NCBI GenBank assembly: GCA_049690035.1
Contig: JBAVML010000467.1
Span: 1-54,740 of the forward strand
Direction: 5' to 3'
Length of the DNA stretch: 54,740 bases
Source: Chthoniobacteraceae bacterium
GTDB lineage: Bacteria; Verrucomicrobiota; Verrucomicrobiia; Chthoniobacterales; Chthoniobacteraceae
Position numbers and translations under genes: made by a program. This document shows positions 19,321 to 30,498 of this stretch, one piece after another. The first letter of the stretch is position 1, and every line of letters begins with the position of its first letter. Under the pieces are notes generated by a model, which saw nothing but the letters and a program-made list of their open reading frames with translations, was not told the DNA's origin and did no database searches.

Positions 19321-22300
19321 TTACTTGGCAGCCTCTGGCGCGCTGGCTGGGCTGGAACGGATGTAGGCGATGAGGTCGGCGACATCCTCGGCGCGCAGGA
19401 TTTTCTCGAAGCCTTCCGGCATGAGCGAGGTCGCGGCACCGGTCAGCGTCTGAAGGTCACTGCGCAGCACCGTTTCCTCCCCGCCGCCGGGGCTGCGGAT
19501 GACGACGCTGGTCGGCGACTCGGCGGCGATGATCCCGGTGAGCGTGCGGTTCGCTTTGGTCGTCAGGGTGAAGCTGAGGTAGCGCGATTCCACCGCCTTG
19601 TTCGGGTCGAAGATCGCCTCGACAAAATGCGCGGCGGGTTTGTCGGCGAGCATGCCGAGATCGGGACCGACCTCGCTGCCGACGCCGCGCAGCCGGTGGC
19701 AGATGGCGCAGTTCTGCTGGAAGAGCGCGGCGCCTTTTTCCGGGTGGCCGGTTAGCTCGGCGACCGCGGCATATTCTTTGACGACCTTCACGCGGTCGGC
19801 GTTGGTCGCGGTGAAAAGCTTCGTCGCGCGCTCGCAGATCGCCGGGTCGGCATGGGCGAGCAGCTTTTCCTGGTGCGCGGTGTCGATTTGGCCGGGGGGC
19901 AATTTTCCTTGCTCGAGGGCGGTGAGCAGGGCTGCGATCCATGATGTTTTGCGGAAGAGTAGATTGAGCGCTTCCAGGCGCAGCGCCGGGCTCGAGCTGC
20001 TCCAGCTTGCGATCAATACGTCGGGAACAACCGTGCCGTCCGCGCGGCTGAGCGCGGCGAGCGCGGCATTTTGAATGGGCGCCGACTCGCTCGGGCGCAG
20101 CAGCTCGCCGAGCTGTCGGAATTCCTCGCCGCGGGCACGCGGGCCGCGACCGAGCAGACCGATCGCCACGATGCGGTCGGCTTCGGGCGCCGCGGGCGCC
20201 AGCGCGATTTTCGGAGCTTCCTGAAAGGCCGGGTCGAGCCCGGCGATCGCGGCGCGCAGCTCGGCAGGCGCCGCCGCTTCATATTTTGCCAGGGAAAAAT
20301 TCTTCCGCGCGACTCCATCGAGCAGGCCGCTGATGGCGGGAAAGAGTCGGACTGCGCTCGTGCCTTCGCCCGACTTGATCATCCGCGTCAGTGCTTTGGC
20401 GAGCGCGGCGCTTTCATCCATCGCCACGGCGAGCCCGAGCAACGGCCCGATTACGGGCGGCGGCGCCGCAGCTTTCTCCGCGAGCAGGACCTCGAGCATC
20501 GTGCCGAGGTGCCGGGGCGCGGAACTCATTACAGCGGTCTGTATCTGCGCGTTGTCGGCATCGCGCCGGGCGAGGTGAGCGAGCGCGCGGCCGGCCCGCG
20601 GGTCGTTCCATTCGCCAAGCGAAAAGGCGAGCTGATACCGGACGCGCGGCTCCGGATCGTCGGCCAGCCAGAGCAGCGGATCGGCGAGGATCGGCTCCTT
20701 GCCGACGAATGCCTCGCTGAGCTGGATGGCGTGCTCGCGCACGGCCGGATGCGGATCGCGGAGTGCGGAGAGCAGGAGTTCGGCGCTCAGCCCGCCGAGG
20801 CCGTCGAGCGTGCAAAGCGCTTGGAGCCTGGTCTTCGGGCGTTCGCTCGCGACGACGAATCGGGCCAGCGGCGAGATGGCCGCCTTTGGCTGCGTGTGCA
20901 AAAGGAGGCGCTGCACGGTGTCGCGCTGCCAGCCGCTCGGGCTATCCATCGCGGCGACGAGAGCAGCGGTGTCGAGTTGGTCGAGCCGCGGGATCGGCCG
21001 CAGCTTCGCGCCCGTCGGGAGGACGCGGTAGATGCGGCCCTTGTCGTGTCCGGCGCGCAGGTCGAGCCGCTTCTGCTGCTCGGCGGGAATCCACTCGGGA
21101 TGCTCGATGACGAGCCGATACATGTCGGAGATGTAGAGTGCGCCATCGGGACCGGTGCGGGCGAAATCGAAGCGCGACCAGTTGTCGGACGAAGCGAGAA
21201 ATTCACACGCCTCTTCGCCCGCCGGACGATGACTGGTGAAGGTGACGCCGTCGGGTTCCAGCACTTCCTGATGCACGAGATTGTTCACCGGCTCGCAGAT
21301 GAAAATCGAGCGCGCAAAGGAGTCGCCGAACAATTCGTCACGATACGGCGTGATGCTGCAACCCGAGGTGAGCGCGTTGGTTTTACCGGGCCAGTTGAAG
21401 CGGCGCATGGTCGCGCTGATCGGGAAGACGCGACCCGGATCGGGATAGGTCGCGAGCGTGCGGCGCGCCTCTTTCACGACGAGATGCGGATTCCGCGCGA
21501 GGTAATGCTCGGGAAGGAAATAGTGCCACGCCCACGTCGAGTTGTTGCCGCCGAACCAGTTCCCCCAATCGTCGCGATGCCGGCCGTACTGCGTCCGGCC
21601 GGGCTGCAACTCCAGCGCGCCGTCATCGGGCCGGAAGCGCAAATCGCGTGCGCTGAGATCGACCGTCTGTCCCGTGCGGACCGAGCTGATCTTCCCGCCG
21701 CTGTCGCCGTTGGCGGCGTAGAGCCAGTTGTCGAGTCCGGATTCGAAGCCGTTGATCCGGTGTTGCTGATTGCCGAGCGTGAAGCCGGTGAAGAGCACCT
21801 CGCGCTTATCCGCCTTCCCGTCGCCGTCGGTGTCTTCCGCGTAGAAAATATCGGGTGCGGCGGCGACGAGCACGCCCTTGCGCCACGGCATCATCCCGCT
21901 GGGAAAAGGCAGCGCTTCGAGGAAGACGGTCGATTTGTCATACCGCCCGTCGCCGTTGGTGTCTTCGAGGAAACGGAGGACGCCGCCGGCTTTGCCCTGG
22001 CCATCGACGCCGAGCGGATAGTCGCCCATTTCGAGCACCCAGAGTTTGCCATCCGCGCCCCATTCGAAGGCGATCGGGTCCATGGTCAGCGGCTCACTCG
22101 CGACCAGCTCCACAGTGAAGCCCGGCGCCACGCGGATCGCCGCGATCGAGTCGGCGGGCGACTTCGGCGCCGGCGGCGGATCGCGGAGCAGATCCTCGAA
22201 TGCGATACGCTGCTCCTTCTTTTTCGCGGTGACGATCATCGCGCCATCGCGAAACTTCACCGCGTCGCCGCGACCTGCGATGAGTGGAATCTCGCCGGGT

Positions 22301-22782
22301 TCGCCGCGTTGGCCCGCGCGCATTTCTAGCGACCAGCCGAGCTTCCAGTCCACGCCCTTCTTTTCCACCGGCACGAAGAGATGAACCGAGTAGCTGCCCG
22401 ATCCGGAAAAGATCGCGTCTTCGAATCCATCGCCGTTGAGATCGGCGAAGCGCAGGCCCGCATCGCGCCCTTCGGCATCGACGATCGGCGCGGGCAGGGG
22501 ATACGGCAGTCGCTTCCAGGTCTTCTCTTCGGCCGACCAGGCGAAGACGGCGTTCTGCGTTTCGTTGCCGACGAGGAGTTCCGGTTGACCATCGTGATCC
22601 ACGTCGAGGAGACGCACGCCGCGATCCTTGCCGTCGCGGGTGGCGACGACCGGCTGCCCATTCACCACGAGACCAGTGAGCGGCGTTTTTTCGTCCGGCA
22701 TTTGGCCTGCGTCTTCGGCGCTGGCCATCGACGCGGCGAGCACTGCGGCCGAGCGGACGAGGCGGCGAAGGCGGGGTTTCAT
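19321..22782 (-). CDS. PVC-type heme-binding membrane-associated dehydrogenase (FG-GAP-like N-terminus, beta-propeller, HEAT repeats, C-terminal cytochrome c)
   Basis: Start MKPRL at 22782, an ATGA overlap with the upstream stop. Motifs GFTVELVASEP..DP, LEDTNGDGRYDK, GPDGALYI.DMYR.VIEHPEW, FQQNCAICH...VGPDL and SLMPEGFE. Confidence 0.88.
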   Translation of the reverse strand: MKPRLRRLVRSAAVLAASMASAEDAGQMPDEKTPLTGLVVNGQPVVATRDGKDRGVRLLDVDHDGQPELLVGNETQNAVFAWSAEEKTWKRLPYPLPAPIVDAEGRDAGLRFADLNGDGFEDAIFSGSGSYSVHLFVPVEKKGVDWKLGWSLEMRAGQRGEPGEIPLIAGRGDAVKFRDGAMIVTAKKKEQRIAFEDLLRDPPPAPKSPADSIAAIRVAPGFTVELVASEPLTMDPIAFEWGADGKLWVLEMGDYPLGVDGQGKAGGVLRFLEDTNGDGRYDKSTVFLEALPFPSGMMPWRKGVLVAAAPDIFYAEDTDGDGKADKREVLFTGFTLGNQQHRINGFESGLDNWLYAANGDSGGKISSVRTGQTVDLSARDLRFRPDDGALELQPGRTQYGRHRDDWGNWFGGNNSTWAWHYFLPEHYLARNPHLVVKEARRTLATYPDPGRVFPISATMRRFNWPGKTNALTSGCSITPYRDELFGDSFARSIFICEPVNNLVHQEVLEPDGVTFTSHRPAGEEACEFLASSDNWSRFDFARTGPDGALYISDMYRLVIEHPEWIPAEQQKRLDLRAGHDKGRIYRVLPTGAKLRPIPRLDQLDTAALVAAMDSPSGWQRDTVQRLLLHTQPKAAISPLARFVVASERPKTRLQALCTLDGLGGLSAELLLSALRDPHPAVREHAIQLSEAFVGKEPILADPLLWLADDPEPRVRYQLAFSLGEWNDPRAGRALAHLARRDADNAQIQTAVMSSAPRHLGTMLEVLLAEKAAAPPPVIGPLLGLAVAMDESAALAKALTRMIKSGEGTSAVRLFPAISGLLDGVARKNFSLAKYEAAAPAELRAAIAGLDPAFQEAPKIALAPAAPEADRIVAIGLLGRGPRARGEEFRQLGELLRPSESAPIQNAALAALSRADGTVVPDVLIASWSSSSPALRLEALNLLFRKTSWIAALLTALEQGKLPPGQIDTAHQEKLLAHADPAICERATKLFTATNADRVKVVKEYAAVAELTGHPEKGAALFQQNCAICHRLRGVGSEVGPDLGMLADKPAAHFVEAIFDPNKAVESRYLSFTLTTKANRTLTGIIAAESPTSVVIRSPGGGEETVLRSDLQTLTGAATSLMPEGFEKILRAEDVADLIAYIRSSPASAPEAAK

Positions 22783-24152
22783 TTCGCCGGGATTGGCGCG
22801 CCAGTCCGCTTCGTGAGCTCGATCACTTTCTTCACCAACGTGTCTTCCACCTCCGGGGCGAAGCGCGCGGGCAGGCCGTAGTAGATGAGGTTGAAGTCCG
22901 CCTCGTAGCCGCCCTCGGTGAGGATGCGCATGCTCGGCACGTAGGCGAAGACGTCGTTGCAATAGGCGGCGACCCAGAGTCGCTCGGTCGGCAGTTCGCG
23001 GCGCAGGCGGTAGGCGTAGTCCACGACGACCTCGCCGCCGAGTGCGATGAGCGTGAGGTCTTGCCCGAAGCGCAGGATCTGCACGGGGCACGGGTAGCTC
23101 GACATCAGTTTTTCCCCGCGCTCGAGCATCGCGATGTGGCGTTGGGCGTGGCGCTGCACGGCGCCGCGTTTGTCGGTGAGTTTCGCGGTGAATTCCTCCT
23201 TCGTCGGCGGCGTTGAGATGGGGAGATCCACACGCTCGAAGGCAGTCGTGATCGGCCCGCCGATGTTGATGGGTGGCTCTTTCAGCGCGCGGGCCACGGA
23301 GCCGGCGAGCTCGAGTCCGTGCTGTCGAGCGAAGGGCACGCCGGTGCGTGGATTTGGATTTGCGTCGGCGCCGCAGCCGGTGATGAAGAAGGCGGTGGCG
23401 CCGGGATAGGCCTCTTCGAGATAGTCCTGCGCGTAGGTCGCCCAGTCGCCGCACACCTTCATCGTATCCGGCCCGAGGGTGGTGCAATGGCAGGCATAGC
23501 CGAGGACGACTGCCTTCAGCGCATCCTTCTCGCCGAGGACGCGCAGCACAGGCACTTCGTGATCGACGAGCCCGGTGGGATTCACGCCGAAGCCGACGCC
23601 TTTCGGTCCGAACGCGCGCCGATTGACGGCGAAGCCTGCTTCGCCGCGGCTGAACTGCAGCCGCGCCGGCTGGAGATCGGCGATCGCGGTCCTCGCGGCA
23701 GCGAGCGCCTGTGCTTTGAAAAACTCGGCGTAGCGGTCGAGCGCAGCGCGCTGCTCAGCGTCGAGCGGATACATGTCGATCAGCGCCGGTGGCATCACCG
23801 GCGTCGCGTGGCTGTGTGAGGAGGCGAGGAGGAAACGATCGCGCGGGACGTGCAGTTCCTTCTCCACCTGCTCGGCGACCGCTTCGGTGAAGGAGCGGGG
23901 TGTGCCGATGGTGTCGGCGGTGACGATCAGCGTGGTCGCGCCGGTGGTGTCTTGGAGCGCTAGCGCCTTGACGTTGATCCTTTGCTCGATGCCGATGGAA
24001 GGCGTGCGGCGGCCTTCGTAGCCACCGAGCCACACGGGTTCCTGCGGGGTGATGTCCGCGCGACCGACGCCGGCTTTGAATTCCTGGGCGCGAGCCGGTG
24101 CGACGGCGCAGATGAGTCCGGCGAGGAGAAGGGCGAGGTGGGGGGATCGCAT
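22779..24152 (-). CDS. Neutral/alkaline ceramidase N-terminal domain-like protein
   Basis: Signal peptide. Motifs KAGVGRADITP...LGGY, ASSHSHATP, GYACHCTTL, GCGADANP, GEVVVDY and AYCNDVFAYVPS...EGGYE. Confidence 0.85.
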   Translation of the reverse strand: MRSPHLALLLAGLICAVAPARAQEFKAGVGRADITPQEPVWLGGYEGRRTPSIGIEQRINVKALALQDTTGATTLIVTADTIGTPRSFTEAVAEQVEKELHVPRDRFLLASSHSHATPVMPPALIDMYPLDAEQRAALDRYAEFFKAQALAAARTAIADLQPARLQFSRGEAGFAVNRRAFGPKGVGFGVNPTGLVDHEVPVLRVLGEKDALKAVVLGYACHCTTLGPDTMKVCGDWATYAQDYLEEAYPGATAFFITGCGADANPNPRTGVPFARQHGLELAGSVARALKEPPINIGGPITTAFERVDLPISTPPTKEEFTAKLTDKRGAVQRHAQRHIAMLERGEKLMSSYPCPVQILRFGQDLTLIALGGEVVVDYAYRLRRELPTERLWVAAYCNDVFAYVPSMRILTEGGYEADFNLIYYGLPARFAPEVEDTLVKKVIELTKRTGAPIPAK

Positions 24153-24252
24153 GGAATCTTCTATCGCCGGAGCCGCGACGAAAGGCGAGAAAAGCCGCGC
24201 CTAAGCCATCGCGGCCAAACGAATCCCTTGGTAAGCTCGAAGATCAACGCCC

Positions 24253-26640
24253 ATGACGCAACCGCCTTCCCCCCTGCACGACGACACTTCCACGCCCGGT
24301 GCGCAGCCACCGTTGGAGGACCACGCACCGGAAATTGGCGCGGTCTCGAGCGCGGCGGCGGGATTCCCCGCGCTGTATCAGACGGCGCGGTTTGCGCTGC
24401 GCGAAATGGGCGTGGTGCGCGGGGTGAAGGCGCTGCTCGACGTGAACAAGAAGGACGGCTTCGACTGCCAGAGCTGCGCGTGGCCCAGCCCGGATCACGA
24501 GCGGAACCTGGCGGAATTTTGTGAAAACGGAGCGAAGGCCGTGGCGGATGAAGCGACGACGAAACGAGTGACGCCGGAGTTTTTCCGCGAGCACTCGCTC
24601 GCCGATCTGCGCGAGCGCAGCGACTACTGGCTCGGTCAGCAGGGGCGCCTCACGAGCCCGATGGTGAAGCCGGCGGGCGCCACGCACTACGAGCCGATCT
24701 CGTGGGATGAAGCGTTCGCGCTGATCGCTCGTGAATTGAATGCGCTGCCGACGCCGGACGCGGCGGCGTTTTACACCAGCGGGCGGACGAGCAATGAGGC
24801 GGCGTTTCTGTGGCAGCTTTTCGTGCGGCAGTTCGGCACCAACAACCTCCCGGATTGCTCGAACATGTGCCACGAATCGAGCGGCACGGCGCTCAACGAG
24901 ACGATCGGCGTGGGCAAAGGCTGCGTGACGCTCGAGGACTTCGAGGAGGCGGACGCGATCTTCATCATCGGGCAAAATCCCGGCACCAATCATCCGCGCA
25001 TGCTGACGAGCTTGCAGCGCGCAAAGCTGGCGCGCACCGACGGCTCGCCGCCAGCGAAGATCGTGTCGATCAATCCGCTGCCCGAGGTCGGCAATTTTCG
25101 TTTCAAGAATCCACAGGATCTCAAAAGCTTGAGGCACGCTCCGGCGGTGGTGCTGGGCAAGGGCGCCGCGCTCAGCGACCTGTGGCTGCCGGTGCGGATC
25201 AATGGCGACATCGCCGTGCTGAAAGGGATCATGAAGGACATGCTCGCCGCGGAAGACGCGCGGCCCGGCGCGATTTTCGATCACGCGTTCATCCGCGAAT
25301 CCACCGTCGGCTACGAAGAGTTCATCGCCGATCTGCGGGCGACGACTTGGGAAGAGATTCTCGCTGGCAGCGGCTTGACTCGGGTGCAGATCCGGGGGGC
25401 GGCGGAGATGGCGATCAGCGCGAAGCGCATCATCTGCTGCTGGGCGATGGGGCTCACGCAGCACAAGAACGCGGTCGGGACCATCCAGGAGGTCGTCAAT
25501 TTTCTCCTGCTCGGTGGAAACATCGGCCGCCCCGGTGCGGGGCCGTGTCCGGTGCGCGGGCACTCGAATGTGCAGGGCGATCGCACGATGGGCATCTGGG
25601 AAAAGATGGGCGCGGCCTTCATGGAAAAACTCGGGCGCGAGTTTTCCTTCACGCCGCCGGCGAAGCACGGCGCCGACACGGTCGAGGCGATCAAAATGAT
25701 GCACGAGGGTGAGATTCGCGTGTTCATCGGGATGGGCGGAAATTTTCTCTCCGCCACGCCGGACACGGAGTTCACCGCGCGCGCGCTCGAACGCTGTCGA
25801 CTGACCGCGCATGTCGCGACGAAGCTGAATCGCTCGCATCTGATCACCGGAGAAATCGCGCTCATCCTGCCATGCCTCGGGCGTTCGGAAATCGATCGGC
25901 AGGCGGGCGGCGAGCAGTTCGTCACGGTCGAAGATTCGATGGGGATCATCAATCCGTCGCGCGGCTCCTTCGCCCCGGCGAGCCAGGAACTGCGCAGCGA
26001 ACCGGCCATCGTGGCCGGGCTCGCACGGGCCACGCTCGGCGCGCGGAGCAGCGTGGATTGGGAAGGGCTCGCCGCGGACTACGGCCGCATCCGCGATCAC
26101 ATCGAGCACGTCATTCCCGGATTCGAGCGTTTCAACGAACGGATCGCGAAGGACATCTTCCATCTGCCGAATGCGGCGCGCGATTCGCGCACCTTTAACA
26201 ACGGAATCGGCAAGGCGAAGTTCACCGTGCATCCGATTCCGCGCCACGAGCTCGCCCCCGGACAATTCGTGATGATGACGATCCGTTCGCACGATCAGTT
26301 CAACACGCACATCTACGGCCTCGACGATCGCTACCGCGGCATCTTCAACGGCCGGCGCGTCATCTTCATGAATGCGGAAGACATGCGCGAGGCCGGCGTG
26401 CAACAGGGGCAGTTCGTCGATCTCACCAGCCACTTTGGCGCGGGCGAAAAACGTGTGGCGCGGAGTTTCATGGTCGCGCCCTACGACATCCCGCGCGGCT
26501 GCACGGCGACCTATTTTCCCGAGGCCAATGTGCTCGTGCCGATCGACAGCGTCGCCGATCGCTCGAATACCCCGACGAGCAAGTTCGTGGTGATCAGCAT
26601 CGCACCGTCGCCGGACGTCGCGTTGGAAGCGACGACGTAG
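24253..26640 (+). CDS. FdhF/YdeP family molybdopterin oxidoreductase
   Basis: Motifs GFDCQSCAWP, EFCENGAKAVA.EAT, FYTSGRTSNEAA, FGTNNLPDCSNMCHE.SG, PVRGHSNVQGDRTMGI and TIRSHDQFNT.IYG.DDRYRG. Confidence 0.93.
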   Translation: MTQPPSPLHDDTSTPGAQPPLEDHAPEIGAVSSAAAGFPALYQTARFALREMGVVRGVKALLDVNKKDGFDCQSCAWPSPDHERNLAEFCENGAKAVADEATTKRVTPEFFREHSLADLRERSDYWLGQQGRLTSPMVKPAGATHYEPISWDEAFALIARELNALPTPDAAAFYTSGRTSNEAAFLWQLFVRQFGTNNLPDCSNMCHESSGTALNETIGVGKGCVTLEDFEEADAIFIIGQNPGTNHPRMLTSLQRAKLARTDGSPPAKIVSINPLPEVGNFRFKNPQDLKSLRHAPAVVLGKGAALSDLWLPVRINGDIAVLKGIMKDMLAAEDARPGAIFDHAFIRESTVGYEEFIADLRATTWEEILAGSGLTRVQIRGAAEMAISAKRIICCWAMGLTQHKNAVGTIQEVVNFLLLGGNIGRPGAGPCPVRGHSNVQGDRTMGIWEKMGAAFMEKLGREFSFTPPAKHGADTVEAIKMMHEGEIRVFIGMGGNFLSATPDTEFTARALERCRLTAHVATKLNRSHLITGEIALILPCLGRSEIDRQAGGEQFVTVEDSMGIINPSRGSFAPASQELRSEPAIVAGLARATLGARSSVDWEGLAADYGRIRDHIEHVIPGFERFNERIAKDIFHLPNAARDSRTFNNGIGKAKFTVHPIPRHELAPGQFVMMTIRSHDQFNTHIYGLDDRYRGIFNGRRVIFMNAEDMREAGVQQGQFVDLTSHFGAGEKRVARSFMVAPYDIPRGCTATYFPEANVLVPIDSVADRSNTPTSKFVVISIAPSPDVALEATT

Positions 26641-26655
26641 CGCGCGCGGGAGCCC

Positions 26656-27732
<1,077 letters not shown>

Positions 27733-27762
27733 CGGATGGCAGATTGCGGGTTGCCCACGAGG

Positions 27763-28872
27763 TCAGTCGCGCGGTTCCGCGGGCGGTTCGTCGGCTGGTT
27801 CGGGCTCGGGCATTTCGTCGGCGACGATCGTCTCCTCCGGCTCCGCCTCGTCGTCGGGCGAAGGCTCCTCGGCGGCGCCTTCGGAGTCTTCGGTGGGCGC
27901 GGGTTCGCCGGTCGAGGCGGGCGCTTCCGCCGCATCCGCGGGAGGCATTTCGACGGACGCGGCTTCGGTCGTCGCGGGTTCTTCGGGAATCGGAGCGGTC
28001 GGGAGCACGACACGCTTCAGCTCGGTGGAATTCGGGAGTTCGTCGGTGTTCTTGAGGCCGAAATGTTCGAGGAAATATTCGGTCGTCGAGTAGAGTAGAG
28101 GACGGCCGGGGACTTCGGCGCGGCCGGCGATCTTCACTAGGCTGCGGTCGAGCAACACCTGCATCACCCCATCGACCGAGACGCCGCGCACGGCCTCAAT
28201 GTCGGCGCGGGTGACGGGCTGGCGGTAGGCGATAATCGCGAGCGTTTCGAGCTGCGGGCCGGTGAGTCGCGTCGGTTTGGCTTCCGGGTAAAGTTTGCGC
28301 ACCCAATCCGCGCACAGGGGATCGCTGACGAGCACCCAGCCACTGATCTTTTCCACGAGTTGAAACGCGCGGTCGGTGGCCTCGAGCTCGGCCTGCACTT
28401 CGGCGAGCGCCTCGAGGACGTGATGCGCCTTGCACTTGCCCAGCGCCTGCACGTGCGCGTCTTCGCTGCTCGCGGCGGCGGCTTTAAGGGCGGCGACGAT
28501 TTCCTTGGTCGTGATCGGCTTCGGCGAAGCAAAGACGAGCGCCTCGCAGACGCGCTTCAGGGCGACGCCACCGCTCAGATCGATGGGTAAATCCGGCTCG
28601 GCAGATTCGTCGGACTGGCCCTCTGTAGGTGGCTCGCCGTTGGGGGATGGCTCGGAGTCCGCCTCGGCAGTCGGCTCGCCCTCGGCGGATGGTTGCGCTT
28701 CGCCCTCGGCGGGGCGCTTTGCTCGGGCGGATCGCTTGCGCTTGGGAGCGGGAGAGGCGTCCGCGGTCGGCTCCGCGTCGGTCGGCGCGTCTTCGCTGGT
28801 GGGCTCGGGGGCCGCCTCCGCGGCGGTCTCCGGCTGCACTTCGCTCTCCTCTGGCTCTTCCTGATCAGGCAT
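27763..28872 (-). CDS. scpB: SMC-Scp complex subunit ScpB with long acidic/Pro-rich tails
   Basis: Motifs EALVFAS.KP, LETLAIIAYRQPVTRADIEAVRGV and GRPLLYSTTEYFLEHFGL. Follows scpA. Confidence 0.93.
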   Translation of the reverse strand: MPDQEEPEESEVQPETAAEAAPEPTSEDAPTDAEPTADASPAPKRKRSARAKRPAEGEAQPSAEGEPTAEADSEPSPNGEPPTEGQSDESAEPDLPIDLSGGVALKRVCEALVFASPKPITTKEIVAALKAAAASSEDAHVQALGKCKAHHVLEALAEVQAELEATDRAFQLVEKISGWVLVSDPLCADWVRKLYPEAKPTRLTGPQLETLAIIAYRQPVTRADIEAVRGVSVDGVMQVLLDRSLVKIAGRAEVPGRPLLYSTTEYFLEHFGLKNTDELPNSTELKRVVLPTAPIPEEPATTEAASVEMPPADAAEAPASTGEPAPTEDSEGAAEEPSPDDEAEPEETIVADEMPEPEPADEPPAEPRD

Positions 28873-28875
28873 GGC

Positions 28876-29595
28876 TTATACGCGGCGCAATTCAATCTCC
28901 CCGAATGGCTCGTCCTGGGCGGCCTTGAGCTGCTTGAGGCGGATCAATTCCAGCAGGGCGAGGAAGGTGACGACGATCTCGGTGCGCGACGCGGCGTCCG
29001 CAAAGAGCTCGGAAAATCTCAGCGGCACGCCGGAGGACGTGAGCTTGAGAATGAGGTCGATCTTGTCGGAGACCGTGTAGTTTTCCTCGAAGATTTCGCG
29101 CAGGTTTTCGCTCTTCGATTCGATGCGCTTGAGGACCTTGTTGAAGGCATTGATCAGGTCGAAAACGCTCACGTCGCCGAGCGGGCGCTCGGGGGCGACC
29201 TCCACCGTCTCCGCGCCGCGGCCGAAGAGATTGCTCTGTTCGATCTCACGGACCGAAAGCTGTGCGGCGGCGTCCTTGAACTTCTTGTATTCCACGAGCT
29301 GCCGGATGAGATCCCAGCGGGGATCGTCCTCCTCGGCTTCCTCCTCGGGCGGCTGCACGTGCGCCGGGAGCAGCGCGCGGCTCTTGAGGTAAATGAGGTT
29401 CGCAGCCATGACCACGAACTCGCCGGCGACCTCGAGGTCGAGCGTCTTGAAGGCGTCCATGAACTCGAGGTATTGCTGCGTGATGCGCTCGATGACGATG
29501 TCGTAAATATCGACCTCATCCTTCTTGATGAGATAGAGCAGCAGATCGAGCGGACCCTCGAAAACTTCGAGTTTCACCTTGTATTCGTTGGACAT
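28876..29595 (-). CDS. scpA: Segregation and condensation protein A
   Basis: Start MSNEY. Motifs FEGPLDLLLYLI, ITQQYL, MAANLIYLKSRALLP, LVEYKKFK and VVTFLALLELIR. Confidence 0.95.
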   Translation of the reverse strand: MSNEYKVKLEVFEGPLDLLLYLIKKDEVDIYDIVIERITQQYLEFMDAFKTLDLEVAGEFVVMAANLIYLKSRALLPAHVQPPEEEAEEDDPRWDLIRQLVEYKKFKDAAAQLSVREIEQSNLFGRGAETVEVAPERPLGDVSVFDLINAFNKVLKRIESKSENLREIFEENYTVSDKIDLILKLTSSGVPLRFSELFADAASRTEIVVTFLALLELIRLKQLKAAQDEPFGEIELRRV

Positions 29596-29675
29596 TGGGG
29601 CGCCGAAGCTAGCGGCACCCCGTGCGCTTTGGGAAGCGGCTTTTGCGGACCCGGCTGCGCCCCCTGAAAATGCGG

Positions 29676-30404
29676 TCAGCGCCCTGCGGTCGGGACGAGA
29701 TCGATGTCCGGCGGAAGCGCCACGTTTTCGCGAGGCGCGGTTGGTTTCGCGGTCTGCGGGATCTCGGGCGGTGCGGACGAGTGGGGCTGGAAGGTGGAGG
29801 GCGACTCGACCGTCGGCAGTAGGCTCGGGCTGTCGCCGGCGTGTTTGAGTTCGAACAGAACTACCCGCGAAAGCACGAAAAGTCCCGCGATCAGCGCGCA
29901 GCGGACGAGGAACTTCCCGATCCAGTTGGCGTCCACTCCCTTCGCATCGCGCAGCTTGTCGCGCCGGGCTGTGATTTCTCGCTTCTGAAGGCAAAAGCCG
30001 CAGAGCCGCCGCCGGCCGATTTCGCGGAACAAATTCGAAGGGACCTGCTCGCGGCATCCCGCGCATTGCTCAAAAACCGGCGCCGGCAAGCCGTGCGGGG
30101 TGGCGGACGGGCTCCCGATGCTCGATCCCGTAGGAGGATGATTCGTCGCCGAGGTGCCGAGCGCGATCTGGGTGCTGTAGGAACTGCTCTGCGGTGCCGC
30201 GCTTTCCGTGGGGCCGGTAGTCATCGTCAGGCAGTTCGCCTCGTGGGCGAGCAGCGCCTCGTAGGTCGTCCAGTCGGCGAGCCCGGAGCGCCAGACGCGC
30301 GTCGTAGGCTGGACCTCGCCGTCACTGACCCGCTCTTCGAATTCCTGATCGGAAAGGGGGCCGATTTTCCGGTTCTGGGGATCGCGATAGTACCACTGGT
30401 TCAT
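29676..30404 (-). CDS. GYF_2/DUF4339 domain membrane protein with Zn-ribbon
   Basis: Motif WYY...GPLS...T.VWRSGLADW, then CAGC...CGFC and one TM helix. Confidence 0.75.
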   Translation of the reverse strand: MNQWYYRDPQNRKIGPLSDQEFEERVSDGEVQPTTRVWRSGLADWTTYEALLAHEANCLTMTTGPTESAAPQSSSYSTQIALGTSATNHPPTGSSIGSPSATPHGLPAPVFEQCAGCREQVPSNLFREIGRRRLCGFCLQKREITARRDKLRDAKGVDANWIGKFLVRCALIAGLFVLSRVVLFELKHAGDSPSLLPTVESPSTFQPHSSAPPEIPQTAKPTAPRENVALPPDIDLVPTAGR

Positions 30405-30498
30405 AGGACTTTGCCCGCTCTCCGATAGCAGCCTGCGTGCTCAGGTCGTTTGGAGATTGTGCCCGCGGCCCTGCTTCGCTAATGCTCGCCGCAACGCC

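Noticed and set aside
16818..22329. Very long antisense ORFs (809 aa and 752 aa; likewise 24244-26433 and 40743-42848)
   Set aside because: They mirror well-supported genes on the opposite strand, which is expected in high-GC DNA, and contain no recognisable motifs.
22783..23487. N-terminal 235 aa of the 1388-aa ORF in the track
   Set aside because: Arg-rich shadow frame overlapping the ceramidase-like gene. A better start with an ATGA overlap and signal peptide is at 22782.
24253..26640. Selenocysteine formate dehydrogenase
   Set aside because: The ORF is uninterrupted with Cys in CSNMCHE. It is YdeP-type, with no in-frame TGA.
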